From Amphiscolops sp. MND2022 (Eukaryota), in NCBI GenBank assembly GCA_964187785.1, contig OZ076413.1, forward strand, positions 50,718,001 to 50,782,000: a stretch of DNA of 64,000 nt, in the 5' to 3' direction. The position numbers and the translations under genes are program-made. Positions 12,460 through 25,870 of this stretch are shown one piece after another; within the stretch, counting starts at the first letter, position 1; every line of letters begins with the position of its first letter. The notes beneath the pieces are model-generated. The model did not search any database and was not told the origin of the DNA. It saw only the letters and a program-made list of their open reading frames with translations.

Positions 12460-14665
12460 TGTCACGACCCGCTCCCGGTCGTAATTTTACTTGCTGCTAT
12501 GGAATACCGGGATTCGGCAGAGGACAAGGGCACAGTAAATACCTTTAAACTTTATTGAACTAATCAAATCAAAATTCTACTAACAGTACAATTAAATAAG
12601 CGTGAATAATTCTCTAAATACGGAATTCAACGTAAACGTTACGGAAGATTTTCAGAAATGATTTTAAACTAGCTAAAACTTCCGGCTTAATGTTTTCACA
12701 CGCAACGCCGTTTTTTTCCGGTTTTATCTTCTGAGCTTTCCATTCCAATCTAAATACTGAATAGTTTTGCAAACGGGATCATTTTGGCGCCCCACACTAA
12801 AATGAAAACACAGAAACAACATTTAACTCCGAGATCCCAACGGAGCCCATGAAATCTAAAATGGAAAAACATACAAAAATAGAGTGGAAATGTATTCCAA
12901 TATTAAAGTAGTTGCTAAATATCTACTTAATACCGCAGTCAAGTGATCTTAAGTAAATGTTTACAACGTTATGACAGCGTCACTCAACTAAGCTGGTGAC
13001 GGGCGTTACTATATTTACGGACCAATAGCGTCGCTTGTTGGCAGAATTATCCGAGCCGGTACCAATAAAATTAAGCTTGGTTGCCCCTAGCAACTCTTGC
13101 TAGTTAAGAGAAGAGAATGAATTCACCTACGCTCTCCGTTTCCAATTCGCTTGCTACTGCTGCTCAGCTATAAGCAATCTTAATACGTACGGAGCACTTA
13201 CGGAGCGGATTGTAAAATTGTATTCCACCGCCCTACCATAAGCAAACACAACACGTACGGAGTATTTACGGAGCAACTTAAGAAATTGCAACTAGGAAAC
13301 TTCGTAATGAATGAATCTGTTAGAAGAACTTTTCTGAATTTATACACCTTAGGGAATCCTAAGATTAAGTTTACGTAAAGAATAGTTGTACTGTAAGATA
13401 GGATTATGAAATGAACGTAACGTTCGTGTTGTTTTGAAATTTGTACCAATTTTGATATGATGCAATGATAATCATCCCAATAACCTCTCCTAGTCTTTTT
13501 CTACCTTTGTTCAATCTATTTCTGAGTGCTATGATGTATTTTAATACGCTTTCTTAAACCAGTAAGCCTGAATACTCAGTGTATTAGTCGCTAAACAAGT
13601 CTTGATAAACGGACTGTTTCCGTGACATTTACTTGATGCTAAAATCAAATGTTCTGTTTTGAGTTCCCAATACATGTAAAGTTCGTAACAATTCGCATTT
13701 ACACAAGCTATTCGTTTCCTAAAGACTTCTCAGCATCACTTTGTTCCTCATTTTGGTATTCAAGTATCTTTGGCCATAAAATATTCACATTCCGTCACAG
13801 TTCCGTTGATATTTTTTGAGTGTCATTCTTTTACTTCGAATTTCAATTTCTAAGTTAGGAATCTGACTAATTGATCACGCCAGCGTGCTTGCGTCGATGA
13901 AAATGAAAACTAGACTTCTATTTTACCGCAATTTTGAAGCACAAACAGGAAATGAACCGACTGAACAAAAATGACTTCAACAAATTTTACGGAATGCTGA
14001 CGTAACTAGGAATTTTGATGCCTGATTTTATGACGCGGGACTGAAATAATATGAATCAATAGCGCTTTTTGTTGAACAAACCCGATTTTTGTGATACCTA
14101 GGAATTTTTAGGTGAGGAACAAATGATGCTGGGAAGGTATAAATATGTAATACATACATGTAAATCAGTTAGTTTTCCCAACTTGACTTATAACAATCAG
14201 TTCAGTTCCGTTATTATAACGAAAACGAATCTTCGAAGAATTTAACCTTTCCAAAGATACTCTCTCTCTCGCTCTGAAGCGAAATGACAACTAGAAGTCA
14301 GAAAAGGAAGGCTGTAGCAGAACTAGTCTCCGGCGATTTCGAAACCTCCATAACCGAAAACTTTCCGCCTGAAACTCTTGTAGCTAGTTCTAGCAAGATC
14401 CCTAGGATAGAACCAGAAAACTTGGCTGAGATAAAAACATCGTTGAGGAAAGAGATCATGTCTGATCTTACTAAAATCTTAGCTGAAAACCAAAAGGAGA
14501 TGATAAAACTAATAGCTCCTACTGTTAAAAAACAAACCATCATAACTGCCGCTGAGGAAACAGATTCTGAATCCGAAAACATTCCGGAAAATACAACTTC
14601 AACACCGATCAAAAATAAAACCACTGCGACTACTCGTAAAATTACCCCGGTAAATAGTCGTAACA
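12460..14665 (+). repeat. 5' LTR (2206 bp)
   Basis: Direct repeat of 26599-28805 with roughly 20-25 differences by eye (~99% identical). TATA-like tataaata at 14138-14145. Confidence 0.97.
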
Positions 14666-15692
14666 TGGTGACAGGAGTCCTCAATGACTCTACCAACCAA
14701 CCCACGAAAAGATTGAAACAACAACGCGCACCCAACGAACAAACAAAAGATCGTCCTTCCACATCCAAAATACTGTTCGCGCCACAACCGCAAACATTCC
14801 CAGCCACTAATCTACTCCCGATGCCGAAAGCACTCACTGCTTCACTTCCAGTCTTCGATGGTAAGTCCGAAAAGTTTGAACTTTTTGAGGACCTATTCCG
14901 AAATAATATCAAAATGTACCCTCACTTAACCGAGATACAAAAGATCAACTACTTCCATTCACTCCTACGAGGAAACGCGCTACAAGCGTATTGTAATCTA
15001 GATGACACTAAAAAAGAGAACCTAGAAGAAGTCATAACGGCATTCAAACGTCGCTTTGGTGATTTCCAATCATCCGCTAAAGCGAGATGTGAGTGGGATG
15101 CGTTACATTTCGACCCCACCAAACAAAAACTCCACGAATTCCTTGACGCATTACAAAAAACCGCAAAAGAAGCGTTTGGCTCAGAAGCCCAGAAGTTCAT
15201 CGACAAAGCCATATACGCTAAAATGCCGGATCACGTCAAAAAGATCCTTAACAGAGCCTAGAAGATAAGCCCTATAACGACATTGTTTTACACCTTGAAC
15301 GTGAAATGCGACTCAACGGGCTAGGAGCACCCGATGAAACCACCCTAGTCCCCCTCAACACTGTGGACGCAGCAGTGGCGGATGATAAGAACGAACAACA
15401 GCAGAGAGGTTACTGTTTCCACTGTGGGAAATACGGACATTACAAGGCACAATGCCGTCGCCTCCGCAAAGACAGGTACTACGCCACAAAAACAAGTACC
15501 ACAGACACCAAACCAACAGATACAGCTAAACCCAAATGCGATACTTGTGGGAAAATGCACAAAACCGAAAATTGCTGGGACGGAGCCAATGCGGCAAATG
15601 ACCCCAGGAAACGCAAACGTGAGTTCACGATCCCAACAAACAAGATTGACGAACAACCCGTACCTAAGACGTCGTCCCAAGCAAAAAACTGA
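14284..15692 (+). pseudogene. gag: Gag, starting inside the LTR and frameshifted near 15258
   Basis: Capsid-like LPVFDGKSEKFELFEDLF and knuckles CFHCGKYGHYKAQC and CDTCGKMHKTENC. A small deletion at ...LNRA* shifts the frame into EDKPYNDIVLHLEREMRLNG. Confidence 0.9.
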
Positions 15693-16433
15693 AGTCGCCG
15701 CGCCTACGCTTCGGGGAAAAAGTAGACGCGAGGGCGTACACCATCGAAGACCCCCCAAATAGGTACGAAGAAGATTTTCTCATTTTCTCACAGAGTGTAA
15801 CGAAGAACCAACTCAGGACTGGCAACGCCGATGGAACGTAGGCATGATACTCCGACACAATGCTAGACATCCAGACGACCCAACACCACTACCTCAATGG
15901 ATAACAGAGTCACCAGATAACTACGCAACACTCAAGCGACTCTTACCAGAATCAAAAACTGAACGTATCTACATCTACGATAGAGACTACAGATGCGATC
16001 CCTGGGACGAACCAACCGTTTACGATACTAACAAACTCTCCTTCAAAATACAAGTCTCAAACCCCCAGGCTCAATCCACAGAAATCATGGACCTACCATC
16101 ACCACCATCGCCAATTCTCAAAAGAACAACACCATCCCCAACAGTACCCGTCACCATCACGTCCACACCAATAGACGCTGAGAACATCATCTGCGTCTAG
16201 GACAAAACCATATGGGCGCATCAAGAAAAACGAAAACGAGAAATTGCTGATCCTTTAGTAACCCCTCCAAAAACCGCGCCCGCCACAGCACTGATGAATG
16301 ACAATGCAGAAATCACGGAATGTCCTTCAAAATTGCCTGAAGATCTAGATACCATCAAGGAATTCATCCAACATGACAAAGACAACGACTACATCCCGTT
16401 AATGTCTTCCATCGCGCTCAAAAAGAAAAACGA

Positions 16434-19400
16434 ATGCTTTTCCTTCCAGTCGAATTCAACACGGTCAAAATCGACGCTTTAGTCGACTCAGGTGCGTACA
16501 TTAACGCTATTAGTGAAAGGGACGCTGAAAAACTCCGACAGCACGCTAGTCAGTGCATCGTCAATAAGGCACCCCCACCCCCTTTCAAAGTGCAGTATGC
16601 CAATGCCGAATTAGAACAACAACTTGCCACGTACACCCTACGTTTCAAAATAGGGGATTACACTTTTGAAGAAACATTCATCATCATGAACCAAACGCCA
16701 TTCCCCATAATTGGATTAGCGTTCCTACGTAAGCATGCCGCAATCCTTGACACGGCACAGGGAACCATCGACTTTCCTAAGATCCAAATCACGATGGCGC
16801 TCACAGACGAAAGACAAAAGTGCAATCCCAAACCCATCACGATAAAGACCGAAGCCAAGCATACAATTCCAGCGCACTCTACCCGAATCATCTACGCCAC
16901 AATCCCTTTGAGTATTGAACACCCAATAACGGGCACTATACAACCCCTACCACAATTCGATGAATGCGCGAAGGTAATAGTAGCTCCAGCGATTACAACA
17001 GCCAGAGACAAAAAGATACCAATTAAAATCGCCAACACTACGGATTTTCCATACACAATAGCCACCAACACCAAAATGGCAGAACTGCAAATCCTGAAAC
17101 CCGAAGAAACGAAGATGATCCGCCCAGTTGACATAGCCGCCCTAAACCTCCTCACTGACCATGACGATGTGGTCACGTACATCAATGCACTAATGCAAGT
17201 AGAGCGGCCCGACGACAATGAAGAGAAATTCTGGTTTCCGACCCCAGAACACCCCGGCAACGAACAGGAACATTCGCCCATACAAAAGCGAATCTTGAAA
17301 GAATTGCGAGACCTTGCCGAACGAGAAAAACTCGACCCAACCGAAAGCGATGAATCCCGCAACAAATTCCTATCCATGTTCAAATGGACAGATTCACTAA
17401 TTGCAGGCAAAGACCGTGAAAACCTTGAGGACACCATTGTCGAATTTAATGACATCTTCGCTCGACACCAGCTAGACATAGGAATGAACACACAATTCAA
17501 AGTCAGCCTAACACCACAAGACGACAAACCAGTCTACACGCAAAGCCTACCCGTACCCATCAACCTCAAAGAAGATCTGACTGTAGAACTGGCCCTCATG
17601 CACCGATACGGTATCATCACGACACTCCCCTTCTCTAAATACCCCAGTCCCATATTTGCACAACGGAAACCCAACGGCAAGCTGAGACTGCTGGTGGATC
17701 TGCGCAAAATCAACGCACTTATAGCAGATGACTACATCAACAACAACCACCCTGTCAGCACCCTCTCAGATGCGGCACAACACCTAGCAGGGAAAAAACT
17801 ATTCTGCAAGCTTGACTGCTCCCAGGCGTATCACTGCCTTCAAATGGCAGATCAAAGGTCAGTAGAGTTACTTGCTTTTAATTTTGCTAGTAGGACGTTC
17901 GCCTACCGTCGCCTGGCACAAGGACTAAGCAGAGCTCTATCAGCTTTTTCGAGCTTCATGCGTGAGTATCTGGATTCAGTCATCAAAGCAGACCAATGTG
18001 CACAATATGTAGATGACATTGGCATCGCCGCAAACACAACGGAACAGCTCATAAAGAACATCAGAGCAGTCTTCAAGTGTATTAGAAAGGCAGGACTAAA
18101 ACTAACCATCGAAAAATGTCACTTGGGAGTAACCCAAATCGAATTTCTTGGCCGAACCATCACCCCCGACGGAGTAGCTCCGCAAGATCAAAAAGTCAAA
18201 AATTTCCTCTCCAAAGTCCGCTTCCCCAAATCCAAAAAACAGGTTCAAAAATACATTGGCTTTGTTAACTACTACCGCAACTACATACCGCGCTTGTCAG
18301 AAAAACTCATTGGCATGTACGAACTTCTCAAAGCAGACTCCAAAATCAGAATTTCAGAAGAACTTGTCGATAACTTTAAGGAAATTAACGCCAATTTAGC
18401 GGAAGCTTGTGGACTTGCACTCCGACAGCCCATAGCAGGAAAACAGTACGTTCTAATGACGGATGCAAGCTTTCGTGCATCAGGCTACGCCCTCATGATC
18501 GAGGAGAACGACGAACGCAAAATACTCTCTAAACGGAAAACCTTCGCACCAATAGCGTTCGGATCACGAGTTTTTTCACCTGCACAACTGAAAATGTCCA
18601 TCTACTGCAAGGAATTCTTGGCAATCTACCACGCCTTCCTCGAATACAGCCACGTACTATGGGAAACAACAATTCCAACCCTGGTCTTAACAGACAATCG
18701 CTCAGTAGCAAGATTCTTCCAGACAAAAACGACACCCCCTGCACTCTGGAATGCCTGTGACTATGTATTACAATTCAAGTTCCGAATTATGCACGTAGCA
18801 GGCTCCCAAAACACGGCAGCAGATTTTCTCTCCAGACTTGAACTTACACCGAAAGAAAAGGTACAACTTAAACTACGAGACGACATCCTAACGTCCCCAA
18901 TTGAAGTTAACCTACAATCATCAGATGTAGCTGACGAGGAACAACTTTTCTTCCTACCAGACGAAGAAGATGAAACTGAACAGGAAATCTTTGCCCGAAA
19001 AGCACTCAGCAAACAACGTGCCCTAGATGAACATGAAAGAGAACTATCAACAAAGGTAACCGAAGTCATCAAGATACCTCTCAACTCCGCAGTCTACTCT
19101 TTCGGTGCAATTAAGGAAAATGCACGGATCAGAAACGAACAAGATGCAGATCCCCTCCTCAAAGCACTGAAACAACGGATCTCACACGAAGAATATGACA
19201 AGCACCTTCTCAAAACTGAACCACGAGGACGAAACCTATTACGCCATGAAGAAAGAATCATAATGAAAGATGGAGTTCTCATGCGAAAGTACTACGGAGA
19301 AGACGGATCAGTCACACATAACCAAATTATAATTCCAAAACACCTAGTCCCAGAACTCCTGTCCACTCTACATGGGAAAACAAATAAGCACCCAGGAATC

Positions 19401-20987
19401 ACCAAAATGATACAAGAATGCAGAGCGAAATACTACTTCCCGGGTCTTGCACGCAAAATCAGAGCTTGGGTAACCAGTTGTCAGGATTGCATTGCCAATA
19501 AAAGAATAGACACGAGACAGATACGTCCCAAAATGCTAAGCAACACTGAATTCACAATGGGACCAGAAGACTGCCTAGAAGTAGACATTCTACCAAATCT
19601 ACCTTCCTCAAATGGATACCAACACATCATAACGATGATGGATGTTTTTTCGCGTTACCTTTCCGCTTACCCGACTCAAGATATGACAGCAAAAACAGTC
19701 GCACGATGCATAATAGACGTCATGACACGACACTGCTATCTACCGACCGTCATTCTAACAGATAAAGGATCACAATTCAGGTCAGAAGTAGTCAACCAAA
19801 TAGCACAAACATTGGATATACGGATAAGCCACGCATCGACGAAACACGCCCAAACAATTGGCATCCTAGAAAGGACTCATGCTTCTTTAAAAACTTCTTT
19901 AAAGATATCAACGGGAGAACGGCGTTCCATGTGACACAAATACGTCCAGATTGCAGTCATGAATTACAATACAAGCTACCATGAAAGCCTAGGTTGTGAA
20001 CCTACAACAGTGTTTCACGGACGCATCCCGTACAACATTCTGGACATAAAACTTGGACTGAAACCTAAATGGGAAAAAGATAGCAATGAAGAACTAACGG
20101 ACCAACTACAGAAACAAATAGCCGAGATACACCAAGCTGCCAAAGAAAACCTAATGCAGTCTTACCTCAAATACAAACTGTACTATGACAAGAAAGCAAC
20201 GGCTACACCGTTCAAAGTCAACGACTACTGCTATGTCCTCAATCCGAAGGCAGACAACCAGTCAATGAAATTTGCATTTAAAGATTGTATTTGGACTGGA
20301 CCCTACATAGTAGTCAAAGTACTCTCGAACAATAACTACGTCGTACGTCGCACAGGAACTAGGTATACTCAAACCCTCCATAGAATTCGCCTAAGGCTAT
20401 ATGCGCCCAATCAGCGAGTACCTGACGTAACAGTCAGAAGGGAAGATTACCTTCCAGACCCAGAGGTTAAAACAACCCACAATGATTGGTACGCGCAAGC
20501 TTGGGAAACCGAATTCGGAGAAGTTCTGTTCGGAAACAATACGGAAAACGCCGCCGAAGAAACCACAGTCATAGAAAATACAGACACAACAGAAAACGAC
20601 GAAATTACAACGGAAAATGATGTGGTTAAAACAATCACAAACGAAATTACAGCGGAAAATGACGTGGTTAAAACAACCACAGGAGAGGATATAACGGAAA
20701 ATGACGTGGCTCAAACAGCCACAAATGAAAATACTGCAGACGATAAAACACCCTCCGACAATATAACGTCATTTAACTTGGACGTCAGCGACAACCCCTA
20801 TATTTTTACACCGCCGCCTATAGAAAGCCCTCCCAAAACACCCGAACTACCGCCTATAGTCATTGGATATAATCCTAGGAAAGTGGGGCGATACAATTTG
20901 AGACCTAATCCGAGACCCAACGTGGATCCTGACTTTCGCATGCTCAACTCAGCTACTACGGAGGACTCACGTCCAACTCAAGACTAG
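16434..20987 (+). pseudogene. pol: Pol polyprotein (PR-RT-RNase H-IN) with one nonsense codon at 19932-19934
   Basis: LVDSGA (protease), YVDD (RT), TDAS (RNase H), HHCC and D..D..E (EVDILP, TDKGSQF, ILERTH). The same frame resumes after the TGA. The upstream part (15690-16434) is disrupted. Confidence 0.95.
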
Positions 20988-21156
20988 ACAAAAACTCAGT
21001 ATACCAAACCGAACCGGAGTGGCTACGTTAAATTTTTGAACTTGCTAAACTACAAATACTACACACGCTGATGATAAACCAAGACAAAAATATATAACAT
21101 ATCATCAAACTACAGGTACAAAACTCATATAATATCAAGAAGTCAGAAGCCACAGT

Positions 21157-24100
21157 CTAATTATTAGCACCTTTTTTCAACTTATGGACGACATTAGGAT
21201 CTTTCTCCTTGGACGCAGCCTTCTTTTTCTTCCCTTTGGACGAGTCTTGCGTTCCTCCTCCTGACAAACAATCAAATCCTACTGCAGGCTTCGTACTTCC
21301 GACGCAGTCTCTTTTAGAAGAACCAAAAGACTTGCCTATATTCGTACTAGACGAAGCAGCAACGCCCATATCCCTCGATATTGCTTTGGGATCAACCACT
21401 TTAGATTTCTTTGAACTGCCCACTGAACTAGTACCACTCCATGTCTCGGCTGCACTGGAAACTTGACTGTCGCGAACATTCCGGTTTGCTTTATTACACT
21501 CCACATAATAAGCCTCACAACTTTTGCGTCGCTCTGCCAAATAATTCCTATACAAAGGTCTATAACGGCCAACGAAAGCAGACACGTCACCGATCCGGAG
21601 ACCTTCCCATACATCGACACCGGCACCAACAAAGAACTCTCCTGAATTAGCAATAGCATTTTGAACAGCGAGGAGCAAGGAACCAGAAAAGAATAGTTGC
21701 GGATTAAAACTCGAGCCAAGGACGTGAGATTGCACAATCAGAATACAATCCTGAACCATTGATCGGTCAAGAGAACTGCCACTCAGATCGATAGTCACCA
21801 CCGGAGGATTACTATCCCGCGTTCCAACGAGGAGACAACAAATCTTGAACAGACGGAATACGTGCGTCCGAGACTGAAAGCCAAAATCCCGCAATAGGAA
21901 CTGCACCACATCACGGATCTCACTCGCACCATAAGTAGAATCCTTGTGATGCCTCCGTTTCTCCACGACATAACTTTTGTACTCGACTGCAGCAGCTTTC
22001 AAATCATCTGCGGACAATACGTTGCATGACCCAAACAGCTCACAAAGCGAATCGAACAACTCGAACACATGCTGATCATCGCCCTCCAGCATAATCTCCG
22101 GACAAAAACAGTACAGCCCTCGCGAGATGCCAGAAGTTACAGTCATATGTTCCAAGACCAAGAACACAAAGCGATCCAGGCACTCCCGACACTTAACGCG
22201 AAACTCCTGCATCACTCGCGTCTTAATGGCAGCTAAACCACGTCCGAAATCGCAGTCCATCAGAAAGTCCTCCATAGAGATAACACCAAGAGAGGAAAGC
22301 TTTGAAACATCCATATAGCTCTCCCATTCATGGATGCCCGGCAAATCGGATAACTTGCGGGTTCTCATCAACAAGCAATAGATGAAGTTACACACCTCAC
22401 CATAACCATGGAACGCGTAATCCGTACGGCATTGTCGTAACTTCTCAAAGTTGATGTAATCTAAAACGAAACATGCAAATATAGCCAGAGAAAAAAAAAG
22501 AAGAACATAAACACAACTGAGCAAACCAATTCCAATCAATCAAAAACAGTCATCAGTTAAAAACACTGCCACATAACGGAAAGAATTATACTTACGAGTG
22601 TCAAGAAGAAGGCGTAAGAAACCAAACCGATAAACGATCAAATTATCGGAAATCAGTTCAAAGTCGGTGCCTTTCAGCTAAACAATACAACTACCATACA
22701 ACACCCACGCCACATAATAGTCAAAGAAATATCACCCTACCCAGAAAAATCCAACCCCCCAACGAAAACAAAACGTAAAATCAAAGCACTTACCCGGTCA
22801 ACAGTGCTCTTAAAAAGAGGATGACCCGTATAACGGACGTATGGGCGAATTGACGGCCAAAGCTCAATTACATCACTCAGAACATCTCGAAGCTCACTGA
22901 AGGCGACAGAACCCTTCCGGATGCACGTACGCAAAAAGAGGCCTATCTTCGGTCCAGTCCTCGTAGAGAGACCCTTTCAGGCGATGAATCACGTACTCGA
23001 GGGCCGTTGTCACTTCCAACATTCCAAACACGTCCTGATGGGACTGCCGGAAACACTGAAGGAACACCTCCTCGCTAAACGATTGCCACATCATAAATCT
23101 GCGACCATCAGATCGCTTATCATCCAGCACACGAACAAGCGACGGACTTGCGCCAGGTATTGACACAAGAAGCTGCTCGTTTTCAAAACAGGTTACCACA
23201 AGGGCCAACGGAACGAGTTCGGCATCTGGCACCTTCTGATCTAAAGACTGGCTACTGACACAGATCTTCTTGAGATACGTCCCTTCCCAACAACGAACAT
23301 AACATCGTTCTTCATTGCCCACCTTCTCGAATTGTATACCGTACACCTTGAAGGATTTGACATCACCAATCATGAGACGGAGGACACGCGGCGCTAACCC
23401 CTGGCAGAGAAAGGACTAAACAACACAAAACCAGAATATCACAAGAAGAAAAACAAAAACCCATAACACCGACCATCTATTCAACCAGTCATGCCCCCCC
23501 CTCGAAGAGGAAAATGATAATAATAATGAAAAGTAACAACAACAAGCAAAAATACTCAACCTACCACAGTTTCTGAACGACTCCATCGTAGAGGAAATCC
23601 AGGCTCCTGACCACACAGAGTCGCAGCAAAATGCCCCCACAAACGGCGAAGATAATCGAAGTCGCCACCGTTTCGCAGAAACTCGCAAAAACAAGACACC
23701 AAGGTCATAAAAGGCACTTTTGACCCTGCCCTGGAATGCTTTGGCAAAAGATCCTCCGGAAACGGGTACTCCCCGCTCAAGTCCACAAAAGGCCGTGACT
23801 TGTACTCAGCAAGTTGACTGTCCGATAATTCCATAGGCTCCATCAATCGATTTAGGACCTGAAGGCCCATATGAGCCCGGTAGGTGACGTCTTTGAACCA
23901 ATGTGCGTCAGATTGAAAATGTCGACTGAACTCGCCAGAACCATGCGCTTTCATAGCCACATCACGATCACAGACACGACAGTGGAAATGCGTTCCTTTC
24001 CCTTCCTTGGCTCCAGTCACAAAGTCGCCGAACGCAGGATGACGGTCCAACATGCGCCGATGTAGCTCGTTGCGACTGCTGTACCTTTTCACTGGGCGCT

Positions 24101-25259
24101 TAGCCAGACGCTGCTCAACCTTCTCACTGAGCTCTTGAAATTCTATAACAAGCACACACTGGAATAAAGAAAGGAAACAGTCAAATTATGCAATGGGCAT
24201 GATACGCACAACAAAGTCACCCAAAGAAAACAAACCATGCAAGAAAACATCAACAACGGATACTAACCGCTCTGAATTGCCAGCGAGGTCCTCTCTTTCA
24301 CCTCCTCTGCAAGCTGTCGGCCCCACTGCATCACGTTTTGAGGACTCCACGTTACCTCCCCGGTAGTGTAGAGCTGATCATCATCCTGACCTAAGCAAGC
24401 ACAACAAACCAAATAAAAACAAAAACACTCGTAGCATAACCGACACCCTACCCTGCAACACCTTCGAAAATAACAACAATAAAGAGCAATTCAACTTACT
24501 TTGCCACCCGCTCAAACAATGCGTCAGAGGAGGAGGAGGAGGCGGAGGAGTCACAACAGTTTTTCGAGCACGCTTCGTCGGTGTCGAAAACTTAACGGCA
24601 ACTTTTCGGGTCTCACTACCCCTCGGAGCTAGAAATCAAAGACACACCTATAATTACCCCTCCTTTTTTCCCTTTTTTCACCATAAATAAAAGGAAACAA
24701 TTAGACGAATACGAACTGCAATTTTTGTAGCCGGGGGGATCAGTCTCACCTTCTTGAGACTCACTGTCAGCATCCTCAGCGGTATCAAAAGCTGCCGATT
24801 CTACCCCGGTCTGAAGAGGGATTGCAGCCAGCGAAGCTTCGGGCACAGACAACACGGAAATCAGCGCAGCATTAACAGAACAAGAAGAAGTAGGAGCAAG
24901 TATGGTGGAAACTGAAGGCAACACAACAGCACCAGTAGTGCTAGTTCCAGCCACAACCCCGGGAGTATCAGCTACCGTTGCGGCTACGGAAGTAACAATG
25001 GTAGGAAAGCCAGGTTGAGCTACTGAAAATCAAGATCTGGTTTGACGCGTCAGGTATTCGGGTAAGACTGAAAAGGCTGATCACCAAAACAACAGTCCAA
25101 TTACCCATGAAAGTCAGAAAGATTTTACCAACCTGAAGAAGTAACAGCCGTCTCCACCTCCGAAAAGACCACGTCATCGTCAGTATAACAAAAATTGGTT
25201 TCATTGCCACTGACAAATCCGGTGACGGTGCCTTGGAGCGGAGCAGTTTCGTCATCCAT
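21157..25259 (-). CDS. Antisense 8-exon accessory gene of the Gypsy element; ~1090-aa zinc-finger, hAT-transposase-derived protein (one 1-nt frameshift near 22935)
   Basis: Exons 25259-25133, 25022-24717, 24628-24500, 24390-24268, 24142-23565, 23415-22794, 22677-22596 and 22460-21157. All seven introns (88-149 bp) are GT-AG and phase-compatible. Zinc finger CRVC...HFQSDAH. Confidence 0.8.
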
Positions 25260-25499
25260 AGAAAGAAACGACAGCAAAGATGCCCACAGCAATCTAAAAA
25301 AGGAAAAAGAAGGAAAATCACAAAGAAGAAGAATTACGTTACGTAAACGCAACTAATTGGGAGGAAATTAATAACATCATTCCTACATAAATGAAAATCA
25401 CCCTATCTTCAACTCCAATAAAAGCCTATTATGGCATAGACGGAACAAAACGTTTCCAAAGACCTTACAGTGGATAAAAATCCACCAAGAAATGTCAAG

Positions 25500-25870
25500 A
25501 AGAACTTGGGAACTTATTAAAAGATCACGGAATACAGATGTAATTCTGTGACGTCATTACGCCATTAACCGAAAAGAGGACGGAAAATAAAATTAGAAGT
25601 TTCCCTCAAGTATTTTGACCAATCATAAGGCAGCAAGAAAAAACTCGTTTCCTTTAACTCGTGACGAACCGGAACGAAAATGGAAAATCGACCAATAGAA
25701 ATCCGATGAAATTTTCGAAAGGAAATAATTTAAAACGTTCACTTGTCGTCCAATCTCAGCAGAAGCTTGACCAGCTTAAAATCTTCTCAATTTTCCGAAG
25801 CGTTTCAAGAAATCATCACTAACAAATTACCTGCAACCTTTCCGAAATAGTACTCAGTATTCTCTCCTAC
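25500..25870. promoter_or_regulatory. Putative internal bidirectional promoter
   Basis: It lies between two divergent genes and contains TGACGTCA (25549-25556) and CCAAT at 25619, 25692 and 25750. Confidence 0.45.

Noticed and set aside
13198..13449. 83-aa minus-strand ORF present in both LTRs
   Set aside because: Its duplication simply reflects LTR identity. It has a non-ATG start and no recognisable features.
14298..20714. Many minus-strand ORFs overlapping gag/pol (and the equivalents over the other retroelements)
   Set aside because: These are shadow ORFs of long coding sequences, with no independent signals.
21157..22539. 460-aa ORF as an env gene with an N-terminal signal or TM segment
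   Set aside because: It is antisense, and the hydrophobic N-terminus is translated T-rich intron upstream of the acceptor at 22461.
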